DNA of 64,000 nucleotides from Phycisphaera sp. (GTDB lineage Bacteria; Planctomycetota; Phycisphaerae; Phycisphaerales; Zrk34), in contig WGMA01000016.1 in assembly GCA_016125285.1 (NCBI GenBank), forward strand, positions 1-64,000, written 5' to 3'. The notes under the pieces are model-generated. The model did no database searches and was not told where the DNA came from. It worked only from the letters and a program-made list of their open reading frames with translations. Position numbers and translations under genes: made by a program. Shown here piece by piece: positions 26,896-36,522 of the stretch; position 1 is the stretch's first letter; each line of letters starts with the position of its first letter.

Positions 26896-29800
26896 CTATT
26901 TCGCGTCGAGGCATGTGATCGAGCCGTCGACGCCGCTGACATAGAGCTTGCGGTTGGCCGCGGCCATGCCGTTGAACACCGGCGGGGTGTCGAGGCGTGA
27001 CTCGAACAGTCGCTGGCCGGTCTTGGCGTTGACCACCCAGAACAGGGCGCCGCTCTTGCCCGCCCACGCGTCGCCCTCTTCCTTGATCTGCTTCTGAGTG
27101 ACCAGGTCGGAGAGCTTGCGGAACGCCTGCTCCTCGTTGACCGCGTCCTCCGGGCCGGACATGAACAGGTTGCCCTCCGACAGCACGAGGCCGCGGACGA
27201 ACATGGGGATGTCGGTCGTCCAGTCGTACGGCACGTCGAAGCCGGGCACGGCCTTTTCGGGCTCGGTGTTGGGCGAGCCTTCTCCGGCGGCGACCTCCGT
27301 CTCGCTCGCCCGGCCGTCGAACCTCAACGCCTTGCCCGCGCGGCCCGGCGCGGTGCTCGCACCGTCGACCGCGCCGTTGAGCTGGTTGCCCGACGCGTCG
27401 GTCGCCTTGCCGTCGTCGAACCCGAACGCGACGACCAGGCCGTCGGCGTCGGGCTTCGCGTCGGCGTCCGCGGGGGCCGCGGCGTCGGCTGCGATCTGCG
27501 CCTCGCTGCGCGCCTTGCGGTAGATCCGCACGTCGTCGATCAGCCCGGTGAATCCGACGGCGCGCTTGTACTCGCCGACCGGCGTCTCATCGTCCGTGCC
27601 GATCGACACGCCCTCGATCGGGTCCTTCGGCAGCGGGCCGTCGGCCCTGGCGGACGCGGCGAGCTTGCCGTCGATGTACACCTTGAGCGTTCCGTCGCCG
27701 TCGAGCACACCGGCGAGGTGCACCCACTTGTTTTCGTCGACCGTGTGCTTCGCCGTCGCGTCGGTGATCTTGCCACCGTTGCGCAGGGCGAATACGGGGT
27801 GTGCGTCGTCGAGATAGAGCGTGAAGCCCATCGCGCCGCCGCCGCGTGCGAGGATGACGCCGTCGGCGCTGGCGGGCTTGATCCACGCCTCGACGGTCAC
27901 CGGTGACTTGGCCGTCGACAGCTTCGGCGCGTTGGCGAGACGCACGACGGTCGACCCGGTCGCGTCACCCTTGCCCGCGTTGCCCTTGCCATCGCCGCCC
28001 TTACCGTTGCCCTTGCCCGCGTTCTTGTTGACCGGCGTCTCGCCGCGGCGGACCGCCGGGTTGCTAACGCCGCCGTTGTCCGGCACGTCCTGAGACGCGC
28101 CCTTACGCGGCGACGAGAACAGGTGGTTTTCCATCGGCGTGGTCCACTTCCAGTACTCGGGCTTGCGGCCGAACCCGTAGATCGTCGTGTCGTCCGACAC
28201 GAGCACGCGACCGGCCGGGGCGCTCTTGCCCGCGCGGTAGTAGCCCTGCCAGCCGCTGACGTACATCGTGCCGTACATCCAGTACGTGCGGTGCCAGTAG
28301 CTGTCGTCGAGGTAGCCGGTCGGGCTGAAGATGTGCGCGTGCTCGACACCCTGCACGGGGTCCGGCGCGCCCTGGTCGGCGTCGGCCTTACGCGGCATCG
28401 CGCTGAGCGGCAGGCGCTTGCCCGACAGGTCGAACGGCTGCGACCGCATGTACACGAACCGATCGTCGCACGACAGCACGTCCGGCAGGCCCACCGGCAT
28501 GTTCAGCCAGCTGACGAAGTCCGTGATCTTCTTGCCCGTGCCCTCTTCGCGGTCGTCCATCTTCGTGATGCTCAGCAGGCCGCCCGTCGCCGGGTCGAGC
28601 CGGTACATGCGGATGCCGCCGTCGAGGAACATCGACCGCCCGGCCACGCAGTACAGCACGTCGTTCTCGATCAGCACGCTGCCGTTGACCGGCCAGAGCG
28701 ATTCGATCTGATCGAACGACATCGTCCGTTGGTCCACGAACGCCGCGAGGAACCGCCACGCCAGCGCGCCGTCGCTCGCACGCAGCGCGTACACGTAGCC
28801 GTCGTTCGAGCCGAAGTACACGCGGCCCTTGTGGTACGTCGGTGGCGAGTCGACGCGGCCGCCTGAGGTGAACGACCACAGCGGCTTGCCCGTGTCGGCG
28901 TCGATCGCGTGCACCGTGTGCGTGTCGATCGACGCGACGAACACCTTGTGATCCGCCACGACCGGCGCGGTCAGCTTGCCGCCGATCGGCGTCTTCCACG
29001 TCGTCTGCAGCGACGTGGGCACGATCGTGCTGGCGTGGCCGCTGCGCTCGTTGTCGTGCCGGAACGTGGGCCACTCCTCGACGCTGCTGACGCGCGGGTC
29101 GTCGAGGTCGTAGCCCGGGCCGCGCGTCAGGCGTTTGTCGTCGGCGACCGGCACGAGCGGTTTGTCCGCGGCGGGCGCCAGGGCGTTGAAGCCCGACAGC
29201 TTGGCCTCGAGGTAGCAGGCGCAGGGATGTTGCGGAGCGTAGGTCAGTCCGTTGGCGGGCATCACGCCGTACAGGCACGCGCCGCGCACGAAGTGGTTCG
29301 TGTCCCAGCTCTCCTTCTTGACGTCGATGTACTCGATGCCGGTGCGCGACATCATCAGGTACTTGTCCGTCGCCTTGCCGCGGTAGCAGCGGTGGTGGAA
29401 CCAGTACGTCTGCACGTCCGGCTCGAACGACCGCTTCACCTCGCCGGTGCGCGGGTCACGCCCGGTGAACAGGCCCTCGGCGCGGCCGCTCGTCGTCTCG
29501 CCGGTCCACACCAGCCCGTCGACGACCATCAGGTCCTCCGCCGAGCGATAGCCCGAAGCCGGGTGCGGCGCGTTCCACAGCACCTTGCCCGTCGCCAGAT
29601 CCAGCGCGGACATGCTGTCGACGTCGCGGCTCCATCCGCCCGAGCCCGAGCCCGCCTTCTCGCCGCCCGCGAACAGCACCACATCCTTATAGATGACGAG
29701 CGTCGGCGAGAAGAACGGACGCATCTCGGCCGATCGCGCCACCGGTTCGGATCGCCACGCGACTTCGCCCGTGTCGCGCTTGAGGCACACGACGCTCTCT

Positions 29801-30954
29801 CCGTCGTGGAACACCGCGTAGGGCCCGCTGACGGCCAGCGTGTTCGGCAGGACCTTCTTCTTGTCCTCCCACAGCGGTTTGCCGGTTGCCGCGTCGAGCG
29901 CGATCAGCGCCCACACGTCCTTCTCGGTCCACGCCACGCCGCGGCGCTTGGCCAGCGCTTCCGCGCCCGGGTCGGACAGCCGCATCACCGAGTACACCAC
30001 GCCGTCATCGACGAGGATCTCGGCCGTGTTCTCGGTGCCCTTGTAGGTCAGCACGGTCTCGCCGGTCGCCGCGTCGATCGCGGTGATCGGGCCGTCGATC
30101 GTCATGGTCACGTACACGCGGTCGCCGACGGCGACGAGGCGTCGCGGCAGCTGCGCCGGGCCGTTCTTCAGCCCCCAAAGGTTCGGCTGCCAGTCGTCGA
30201 TGTCGCGCTTCCAGAGGATCGTGCCGTTGAACGCGTCGCGCGCGATCAGCTTCCACTCGGGCGGCAGCAGCACCGACACGCGGGGCGCCTCGTCGAAGAT
30301 CGTGAACACGCGGCCGTTCGCCGACACCATCGCGCTGAGGCTCGACATCTTGTCGTGGTGCCGCGAATACCGCGGGCCGGACACCCACTGCAGGCGGCGG
30401 GGCGGGCCGACCACCTCGTCGTGCGCCACCGCGTTGTTCGTCGGGTCGTGCAGGTAGTGCGTCCAGTCGTCGATGTTGCTCGGGCGCGGCTTGACGGTCT
30501 TGTTCCACGTGTCGCCGCTGCGGACCATCGCCACGCCGTTCGGCGCCAGCACACGCGTGACCTCCTCCATCGACACCGCGTCCGCATCGGAGACGACCAC
30601 GAGGTTGACGAGGTTGTCGATGAGCGGGATCGACCTGCCGTGGAGGTGATCGATCGTCACGCGGCCGTACGCGCCCAGCGCGTTGATGCGATCGCGTGCG
30701 GCGTTGACGTCCTTCGCGTCGGCGTCGAGGCCCAGCGCGTTGAAGCGTTCACCCGCCAGCGCCGCGGTGAGCTTGCCGTCGCCGCAGCCGACGTGCACGA
30801 TGAGCCCGCCGGTGACGCCGCTGGTGTCGAGGATCTGCTTCGCCTCCGCCGCGCTCGCGGCGTCCACTTCGGCGGCCATCGCTGCGCCGCTTCCGGCCAG
30901 CGTCAACAGCAGCATTCCGCACGCCACACGACAGAGCAACGCAGAGACACGCAT
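26896..30954 (-). CDS. Large secreted multidomain protein: class I methyltransferase-like fold, PQQ-like beta-propellers and a LamG/ConA-like domain
   Basis: ORF trimmed to ATG 30954, with signal peptide LLLTLAGSGAAMAAE. SAM motif I-like sequence LIVHVGCGDGKLTAAL is present. Many propeller blades follow. The LamG-like region includes VTVEAWIKPASADGVILARGG and LIDDVRIYRKA. Confidence 0.75.
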   Translation of the reverse strand: MRVSALLCRVACGMLLLTLAGSGAAMAAEVDAASAAEAKQILDTSGVTGGLIVHVGCGDGKLTAALAGERFNALGLDADAKDVNAARDRINALGAYGRVTIDHLHGRSIPLIDNLVNLVVVSDADAVSMEEVTRVLAPNGVAMVRSGDTWNKTVKPRPSNIDDWTHYLHDPTNNAVAHDEVVGPPRRLQWVSGPRYSRHHDKMSSLSAMVSANGRVFTIFDEAPRVSVLLPPEWKLIARDAFNGTILWKRDIDDWQPNLWGLKNGPAQLPRRLVAVGDRVYVTMTIDGPITAIDAATGETVLTYKGTENTAEILVDDGVVYSVMRLSDPGAEALAKRRGVAWTEKDVWALIALDAATGKPLWEDKKKVLPNTLAVSGPYAVFHDGESVVCLKRDTGEVAWRSEPVARSAEMRPFFSPTLVIYKDVVLFAGGEKAGSGSGGWSRDVDSMSALDLATGKVLWNAPHPASGYRSAEDLMVVDGLVWTGETTSGRAEGLFTGRDPRTGEVKRSFEPDVQTYWFHHRCYRGKATDKYLMMSRTGIEYIDVKKESWDTNHFVRGACLYGVMPANGLTYAPQHPCACYLEAKLSGFNALAPAADKPLVPVADDKRLTRGPGYDLDDPRVSSVEEWPTFRHDNERSGHASTIVPTSLQTTWKTPIGGKLTAPVVADHKVFVASIDTHTVHAIDADTGKPLWSFTSGGRVDSPPTYHKGRVYFGSNDGYVYALRASDGALAWRFLAAFVDQRTMSFDQIESLWPVNGSVLIENDVLYCVAGRSMFLDGGIRMYRLDPATGGLLSITKMDDREEGTGKKITDFVSWLNMPVGLPDVLSCDDRFVYMRSQPFDLSGKRLPLSAMPRKADADQGAPDPVQGVEHAHIFSPTGYLDDSYWHRTYWMYGTMYVSGWQGYYRAGKSAPAGRVLVSDDTTIYGFGRKPEYWKWTTPMENHLFSSPRKGASQDVPDNGGVSNPAVRRGETPVNKNAGKGNGKGGDGKGNAGKGDATGSTVVRLANAPKLSTAKSPVTVEAWIKPASADGVILARGGGAMGFTLYLDDAHPVFALRNGGKITDATAKHTVDENKWVHLAGVLDGDGTLKVYIDGKLAASARADGPLPKDPIEGVSIGTDDETPVGEYKRAVGFTGLIDDVRIYRKARSEAQIAADAAAPADADAKPDADGLVVAFGFDDGKATDASGNQLNGAVDGASTAPGRAGKALRFDGRASETEVAAGEGSPNTEPEKAVPGFDVPYDWTTDIPMFVRGLVLSEGNLFMSGPEDAVNEEQAFRKLSDLVTQKQIKEEGDAWAGKSGALFWVVNAKTGQRLFESRLDTPPVFNGMAAANRKLYVSGVDGSITCLDAK

Positions 30955-31153
30955 GGAAAACACTCCACTGGGGAACCGTCGATTCAACTCAAAAGCGGAT
31001 CACGACCGATCGTCAGCCGCGTGCCCGCAATCCAGTGTAGGCCGTCTTAACCTTTTAGGAAAACGGGGTCGCCCAGATACCCGCGTGCGTGCTAAAGTGG
31101 TTCACCTACCGACGGACTGGGCATTCGTCGATACCCCCAACCGGAGACGCCGC

Positions 31154-31927
31154 ATGTTTTCACGCGATCACCGCCTCGCTGTCACCGCCGCCATCGCCTT
31201 GCTCGCCGCGCTCGTCGTTGCCGTGCTGGGCGCCACGCCCGTGCGCGCCGCCGACAAGCCGATCCACCTGTTCATCCTCTCCGGACAGTCGAACATGGCG
31301 GGGATGAAGCCCGAGGCGGGGTTCGTGCCCGAAGCCAACAAGCTGTTCGCCGACGGCGAGGTGGTCTACATCAAGGTCTCGCAGGGCGGTCAGCCCATCC
31401 GCCTCTGGCTGGAGACGTGGAACGACATCGCCAAGAAGCACGGCCTGACGACGATGTCGACCGGCACGAAATTCTACAAGCCGATCCTCGAACAGGTCGC
31501 CGAGAAGCTCAAGGGAAAGCCCGCGCCGAAGACGGTGACGTTCTGCTGGATGCAGGGCGAGCGCGACGCGAAGGAGCATCTCGACGCGGCGTACGAAGAG
31601 GCGATGATGACATTGATCGCGGACCTTCGCCGCGACCTCAAGCGTCCGGACATGTACTTCGTGATCGGCCGCCTGAGCGACTTCGGCAAGCCGGACAACA
31701 AGCCCTGGCAGGCCGTGCGCGACGCGCAGGTGAAGGTCGCCAACGACGACCCGCGCGGCGCGTGGATCGACTGCGACGACCTGAACAACAAGGAAAAGGG
31801 CGGCAAGCAGTACGACGACCTGCACTACACGCCCGAAGGCTACAAGACGATGGGCGAACGCTACGCCCGCCAGGCGCGCCTGATGATCGACGGCAAGAAG
31901 CCCGCGGCGGACGGACGTCCGCAGTAA
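31154..31927 (+). CDS. Sialate O-acetylesterase-like SGNH/DUF303 carbohydrate esterase
   Basis: ORF 30683-31927 trimmed to ATG 31154, because the upstream part overlaps the previous gene. A signal peptide is followed by IHLFILSGQSNMAGM, CWMQGERDA and DDLHYTPEGY. Confidence 0.75.
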   Translation: MFSRDHRLAVTAAIALLAALVVAVLGATPVRAADKPIHLFILSGQSNMAGMKPEAGFVPEANKLFADGEVVYIKVSQGGQPIRLWLETWNDIAKKHGLTTMSTGTKFYKPILEQVAEKLKGKPAPKTVTFCWMQGERDAKEHLDAAYEEAMMTLIADLRRDLKRPDMYFVIGRLSDFGKPDNKPWQAVRDAQVKVANDDPRGAWIDCDDLNNKEKGGKQYDDLHYTPEGYKTMGERYARQARLMIDGKKPAADGRPQ

Positions 31928-31962
31928 TCGCCGCCAAGTCAATCGGCGGGCGCGCGACCGGC

Positions 31963-32454
31963 TCACCCACCCAGGTCGTAGAGCAGCCCCGGTCGCGCCG
32001 CGGCGAGCGCGTCGGCGGCCTTTGATGTCACGCGCGTGCCGCGCGCTTCGAGCATGGTCAGGCCGGTCATGCCCTGCAGGTGCGCCAGGCCCGCGTCGGT
32101 CACCTGCGTGCCCGACACGTTGAGCAGGCTCAGCGTGCCCAGGCCCGTCAGTTGCGACAGACCGGCGTCGGTGATCGACGTGTCCGACAGGTCCAGCGAC
32201 GTCAGCCGCTTCATCCCCGCCAGCTTCGCCAACTGATCGTCGGTGACCGTGCTGCCCTTGAGGATGACGTACGCGTTCCACTCGTCGGCCGCGATCGCGT
32301 CGATCTGCGCGTCGCTGATCTGCTGCCCCGACAGGTCGGCGGTCTTCGTCTTCGGCGGCTCGACCGCATCGCCCCCGCAGCCGATCATCGCCAACGCCAC
32401 CGCGCACACGACAACCACGCAGCCCCCGCGCCGCAAGCTTCGCGCATCACACAT
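31963..32454 (-). CDS. Leucine-rich-repeat lipoprotein
   Basis: ORF trimmed to ATG 32454. The lipobox is LAMIGCGG. The LRR units are LTSLDLSDTSITDAGLSQL, LSLLNVSGTQVTDAGLAHL and LTMLEARGTRVT. Confidence 0.7.
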   Translation of the reverse strand: MCDARSLRRGGCVVVVCAVALAMIGCGGDAVEPPKTKTADLSGQQISDAQIDAIAADEWNAYVILKGSTVTDDQLAKLAGMKRLTSLDLSDTSITDAGLSQLTGLGTLSLLNVSGTQVTDAGLAHLQGMTGLTMLEARGTRVTSKAADALAAARPGLLYDLGG

Positions 32455-32748
32455 CCGGTCGCCTCCTGTTGACGTCTTCCCCTCAAAGGCAGATAGCATC
32501 AACCCTCGTTTGATTACCGAGCGATCGGTTCCGGCATCGTAACTCGTGTGTGGATTGGGTGTAGCGTCGCGAGAACACCGGCGTCTTCGGCGATGTCATG
32601 CAAAAACTTGGCACGCGCGTGTAATGCATTTTCTCCCGGCGTTATCTGGTAGTGGAGCCGGAGAACGAGCACGGGGCACCAGCTATTTCCCCAAATGTAG
32701 AACGGATCGCGTCGTGCAACACGCGATCGGCGTCACGAGGAGCGACCC

Positions 32749-33552
32749 ATGACCACGCGGGTTCGGCGGTTGAGATCGACCAGGGGATTCACGCTCGTCG
32801 AGCTGCTGGTGGTCGTGTCCATCATCGCGCTGCTGATCGCCATCGTGCTCGCCCCGGCCTACGAGAACATCCAGTCCGTGGCGGGGCAGACGGTCTGCGC
32901 GTCGAACATGCGTCAGATGGGCGTGGGCATGGTCAGCTACGGCGTGACCTGGGGCTACACGCCCGCGTCGTACACACGCTACAACGCGTGGTCGCTCCGC
33001 GGCGTCAACGAGGTCTGCGCCGTCTGGCCCGCGCAGATCCGCAGCCACACCGACGGCAACACCGACATCTTCTACTGCCCCGTCTCCGAGCCCGCGGCGC
33101 GCTGGGTCCGTCAGTACGGCTCCGGCAACCCGGCGCGCTACGGCTACGACGAAGACGAGTACTGGGTCGCCGCCCATCCCACCGGCGGCACCAGCTACGG
33201 TCACAACAACGACGGCACACGCTCGCACCTCTCAGAGACCACCGGCCATCTCCTGGGCCTCAGCGACAACCCCGACCTCGCCAGCAACTACGTGCGCATC
33301 TCCGCCATCCGCGCCCCCGGGCAGTTCATCTGCTTCGGCGACTCCAAGCTCGACGACAAGTGGGACGCGTTCATCGACTACGGCGTGCCCGGCGAGGACA
33401 TCTCCGAACGCCACCACGGCGGCGGCAACATCCTCTTCGGCGACGGACACGTCGAGTGGATCCACTCGCCCGAATACGAAGATAACGCCTGGACGTACGC
33501 GATCGACCCGGACCACGGTCGCATGTGGAACAACGACAACAAGTACCCGTGA
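32749..33552 (+). CDS. Prepilin-type N-terminal domain protein with H-X9-DG (DUF1559) C-terminus
   Basis: [23 protein letters not shown] at the N-terminus and HHGGGNILFGDGHVEWI at the C-terminus. Confidence 0.85.
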   Translation: MTTRVRRLRSTRGFTLVELLVVVSIIALLIAIVLAPAYENIQSVAGQTVCASNMRQMGVGMVSYGVTWGYTPASYTRYNAWSLRGVNEVCAVWPAQIRSHTDGNTDIFYCPVSEPAARWVRQYGSGNPARYGYDEDEYWVAAHPTGGTSYGHNNDGTRSHLSETTGHLLGLSDNPDLASNYVRISAIRAPGQFICFGDSKLDDKWDAFIDYGVPGEDISERHHGGGNILFGDGHVEWIHSPEYEDNAWTYAIDPDHGRMWNNDNKYP

Positions 33553-33594
33553 TCCTTCAGCCGCGCCCAACGGCGCCCGCCGCGACCAACACAC

Positions 33595-34101
33595 GTGACC
33601 GAACTGCCCACCCGATTCCGCGACTGGACCAACCGGTACTCCGCGCCCGTGACGGTGCTGTGCCTCGTGGTGCTGCTGCTCTGCGGCGCGACGCTGTTCT
33701 GGTCGAAGTCCGCCAGCAGCGTGCCGATCGAGCACCAGGCGTGGTACCGCGACTCGGTGACCGGCGAGACGTTCATGGCCGCCGAGCAGCTGCCGCCGAT
33801 CGTCAGCCCCGCGGGCAACCCCTCGGCGCGCGTGTACTACTACGGGTGCGGCGCGTGCGGGGACGACGATCGTTTCGTCGGCTACTACTACAAGCTTTCC
33901 GACGGGGCGATGCGGCGCATCGCCGAGAACCCGCAGCTCGAGGCCGCGGCATGGGGCCCGCGGTTCCCGGGTCGCATGTACTCGCTGGACGGCGAGACGT
34001 GGGTCGAGGCGCCGGACCCCGCGTCGGCGGGCGTCGGCGCCGCGCTCGCCAAACGCTGCTCGGCGCCCAACTACCTGCGCGAGTGTCGCGAAGGCCCGTG
34101 A
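33595..34101 (+). CDS. Hypothetical membrane-anchored protein
   Basis: GTG start. The N-terminal TM is VTVLCLVVLLLCGATLFW. The Cys-containing ectodomain includes YYYGCGACGDDD. No family was recognised. Confidence 0.45.
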   Translation: MTELPTRFRDWTNRYSAPVTVLCLVVLLLCGATLFWSKSASSVPIEHQAWYRDSVTGETFMAAEQLPPIVSPAGNPSARVYYYGCGACGDDDRFVGYYYKLSDGAMRRIAENPQLEAAAWGPRFPGRMYSLDGETWVEAPDPASAGVGAALAKRCSAPNYLRECREGP

Positions 34102-34141
34102 CGCAGACGCTGCGCAGCGCACCGTTCCACATCGAGGCACG

Positions 34142-35014
34142 ATGACCCGCAACCGCACGACATCACAATCACGCCAACCCCGCCGCGGCTTCACGCTCAT
34201 CGAGATGCTCGTGACCCTCGCGATCATCGCCGTGCTGCTGGGCATCCTGCTCCCGGCGATGAGCAAGGCGCGCAAGCGCGTGATGGCGGTCGTCGGCGAC
34301 TGGAACATCCCCACCGACAACCTCGTGGCGTTCTATCCGCTGCTCGGCGCAGACGTGCCCGGGCGGCTGCCCAACAACCTCGGCAGCCCGAAGGTCGTGT
34401 TCGACCAGGACGCGCAGCTCGATGTCATCGAGTTTGATGGTTCGTTCACGCTCGGCGTGCTGCCGCCGGTGTTCGACAACCGCCAGGAGCTGACGGTGAT
34501 GTTCTGGGCGAAGGGCGACGACGCGCTGCCGCAGGCGACCGCGGCGTTCTGGCTCGAAGGGCCCGGCGCGGGCGGACGCGTCGCGCTGGTGCACCTGCCG
34601 TGGTCGAACGGCAACGTCTACTTCGACGCGGGCGACGGCTCGTGCTGCCCCGACCGCATCTACACCGCCGTGCCGCCCGAACTCTACAAGGGCGAGTGGA
34701 CCTTCTGGGCGTTCACGAAGAACGCGAAGACCGGCGAGATGAAGATGTATGCCAACGGCGAACTGATCGCCAGCGGCTCCGGGCACAAACGCGCGATGGC
34801 CGACACCGCGAGCCTGTGGATCGGCTCGGCGCCCGGCGGCGCCAATCGGTACCGCGGCCGGATGATGATGCTGGGCTTCTACGATCGCGTGCTCGACCCC
34901 GAGCAGATCAAGGAGTACGCCGCCGCCCAGCCGGGGCTCGTGCAGGCGTACCAGGGCAAGCTGTCCAGCCGCATCAACGCCGTGGGCAAGGGCCTGCGGA
35001 CGGTTAAGGAGTGA
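34142..35014 (+). CDS. Prepilin-type N-terminal domain fused to a LamG/ConA-like lectin domain
   Basis: RRGFTLIEMLVTLAIIAVLLGILLP is followed by LTVMFWAKGDD, WTFWAFTKN and YRGRMMMLGFYDRVLDPEQI, which is the LamG pattern. Confidence 0.75.
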   Translation: MTRNRTTSQSRQPRRGFTLIEMLVTLAIIAVLLGILLPAMSKARKRVMAVVGDWNIPTDNLVAFYPLLGADVPGRLPNNLGSPKVVFDQDAQLDVIEFDGSFTLGVLPPVFDNRQELTVMFWAKGDDALPQATAAFWLEGPGAGGRVALVHLPWSNGNVYFDAGDGSCCPDRIYTAVPPELYKGEWTFWAFTKNAKTGEMKMYANGELIASGSGHKRAMADTASLWIGSAPGGANRYRGRMMMLGFYDRVLDPEQIKEYAAAQPGLVQAYQGKLSSRINAVGKGLRTVKE

Positions 35015-35050
35015 TCCACGAGCGCGGCGCAGGGCGCATAGATCACGTCG

Positions 35051-35338
35051 ATGGCCCTGATGCTTTATTGGATGGCGATCGGACTCTGCGTCGGCGCGTT
35101 CGGCGGATGGTTCACCGCGCGGTGGGGCGAGCCGATCGGCGAGGCGATGTATGTGTCGGCGCGCGCCGCGGCGTTTTGGGCGTTCGTGGCGACGCTGCCG
35201 TGGCTGATGCCGTATGGGTGGGCGGGCTTCTTGGCGTCGCCGTTGCTGCTGGGCGGCGCGGGCGTTTGTGCGTCGCCCGCGGGGCTGATGGGCGCACTGA
35301 TTACACGCGAACTGCACGAACTGTCGCGGTCGGGGTAA
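35051..35338 (+). CDS. Small hypothetical membrane protein
   Basis: 95 aa with three hydrophobic helices and high GC3. No family was recognised. Confidence 0.4.
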   Translation: MALMLYWMAIGLCVGAFGGWFTARWGEPIGEAMYVSARAAAFWAFVATLPWLMPYGWAGFLASPLLLGGAGVCASPAGLMGALITRELHELSRSG

Positions 35339-35358
35339 TCAGCCGCGTGACCAGCCGG

Positions 35359-35571
35359 TCACCACTGATCGTCGTCGACCTCGTCGAGAAAACCGATGAC
35401 GTCGCTGTCGGACGGGCTGCCCGCCGCCGCGGCGACATGGGGCAGGTCCTCGACGACGACGTGGATCGTGTTGCCGCACGGCTCGCAGCGGATCACCTTG
35501 CCGATGTACTCGAAGGGGATGCCGTGCTTCCGGCCGCAGTGCGGACAATAGATCTTGAACAGCTCAGCCAT
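35359..35571 (-). CDS. Small zinc-ribbon protein (MJ0042-type CxxC...CxxC) with an acidic tail
   Basis: ATG 35571 follows GAGG. The sequence is MAELFKIYCPHCGRKHGIPFEYIGKVIRCEPCGNTIHV with a tail DEVDDDQW. Confidence 0.55.
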   Translation of the reverse strand: MAELFKIYCPHCGRKHGIPFEYIGKVIRCEPCGNTIHVVVEDLPHVAAAAGSPSDSDVIGFLDEVDDDQW

Positions 35572-35820
35572 GGTCAACACCTCGCTTCAGGCGTCAACGG
35601 TCGCATCGAACGACCGCGAAACAGAACGACACGCGGAAGGCGTGTGGAGGTGTAAAGGAGCGGCGCCCCGCCGGGGGGATCGACGGAGCGCCGTGGTGGT
35701 GAGGATCTCGGTAAGGCGGTCGCGGCCGATGTGCGTCGGCGTCGGGTTCGCGGTCTCCGGTCGATCGGACCGTGACCCGCGGATGCGTGCGTGCGACCTG
35801 TCAATGCAGTCAGCCATTGC

Positions 35821-36051
35821 TTATTGCGTCGCGGTTTCGGGCTTCTTGGTGTTGCTGACGTTGATCACTTGCGGCTGCGTGCCGTCGGTGTCTTCACCGG
35901 GCGACGCAAACGCCGCGGCGGGCGCCTCCGTCGGGGGGCCCATGATGATCGGTCCCCGCGCGTTCGGCGCCGAACCGTTCTCCGAGCAACCGCCCAGCGT
36001 CAAAGCGAACACCGCGAACAGAATCGTGATGGAACCTGCGAGCCTCGACAT
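35821..36051 (-). CDS. Small lipoprotein
   Basis: ATG 36051 follows AAGGGA. MSRLAGSITILFAVFALTLGGC is a lipobox. I preferred it over the mirror-frame + ORF on RBS and n-region charge. Confidence 0.5.
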   Translation of the reverse strand: MSRLAGSITILFAVFALTLGGCSENGSAPNARGPIIMGPPTEAPAAAFASPGEDTDGTQPQVINVSNTKKPETATQ

Positions 36052-36522
36052 GACTATCCCTTTCAACACAACGGTATCAAATACCACTTGACGTGAATCA
36101 CTCAGCAAACCGGGTTGTGAGTCCCAATCCGCAAACCACTTTCGCCCGTGTGAGACGTGCCGGAACACGGAGCGAAATTGAACGCAACCGACTCGCCTGG
36201 CAAGGAAAATCCCAACGAAACCCCGTACAGGGAGCCTTGCAAGGCCGTCCGTGGGGTCAACACGCTTGAAAGAACGCATGTGACATCACGAACAAGAACA
36301 ACTTGTCTGGTTAGGTGCGGGTCGGCGCTGCTTGACCGTCAGGGAGGAGAGATGAATAAGGCCGGGTACTGAATAACCTGACGTTCAAATTTCAGCGCGT
36401 GTCTCGATTACCGCAAAGCAATGATGTGAAACTTCTACTTCCGTTACCAAATGAACAGTAGCAACGGTCGAAATGAGAGTCAACTATTTGGTTAAAAAAT
36501 TGGGCAAGTTCCATGCGGTATT

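Noticed and set aside
30683-31153. The N-terminal 157 codons of the track ORF 30683-31927.
   Set aside because: This part overlaps the 5' end of the large minus-strand gene and its upstream region. The esterase homology and a proper signal peptide begin at ATG 31154.
35555-36091. A plus-strand ORF whose internal Met (35804) gives a lipoprotein-like leader (..LLTLITCGC), mirrored by a minus-strand lipoprotein-like ORF over the same DNA.
   Set aside because: The two frames share third codon positions, so both look GC3-rich. Only the minus-strand candidate has an RBS (AAGGGA), a charged n-region and a standard LGGC lipobox. I treated the plus frame as the shadow, though not with certainty.
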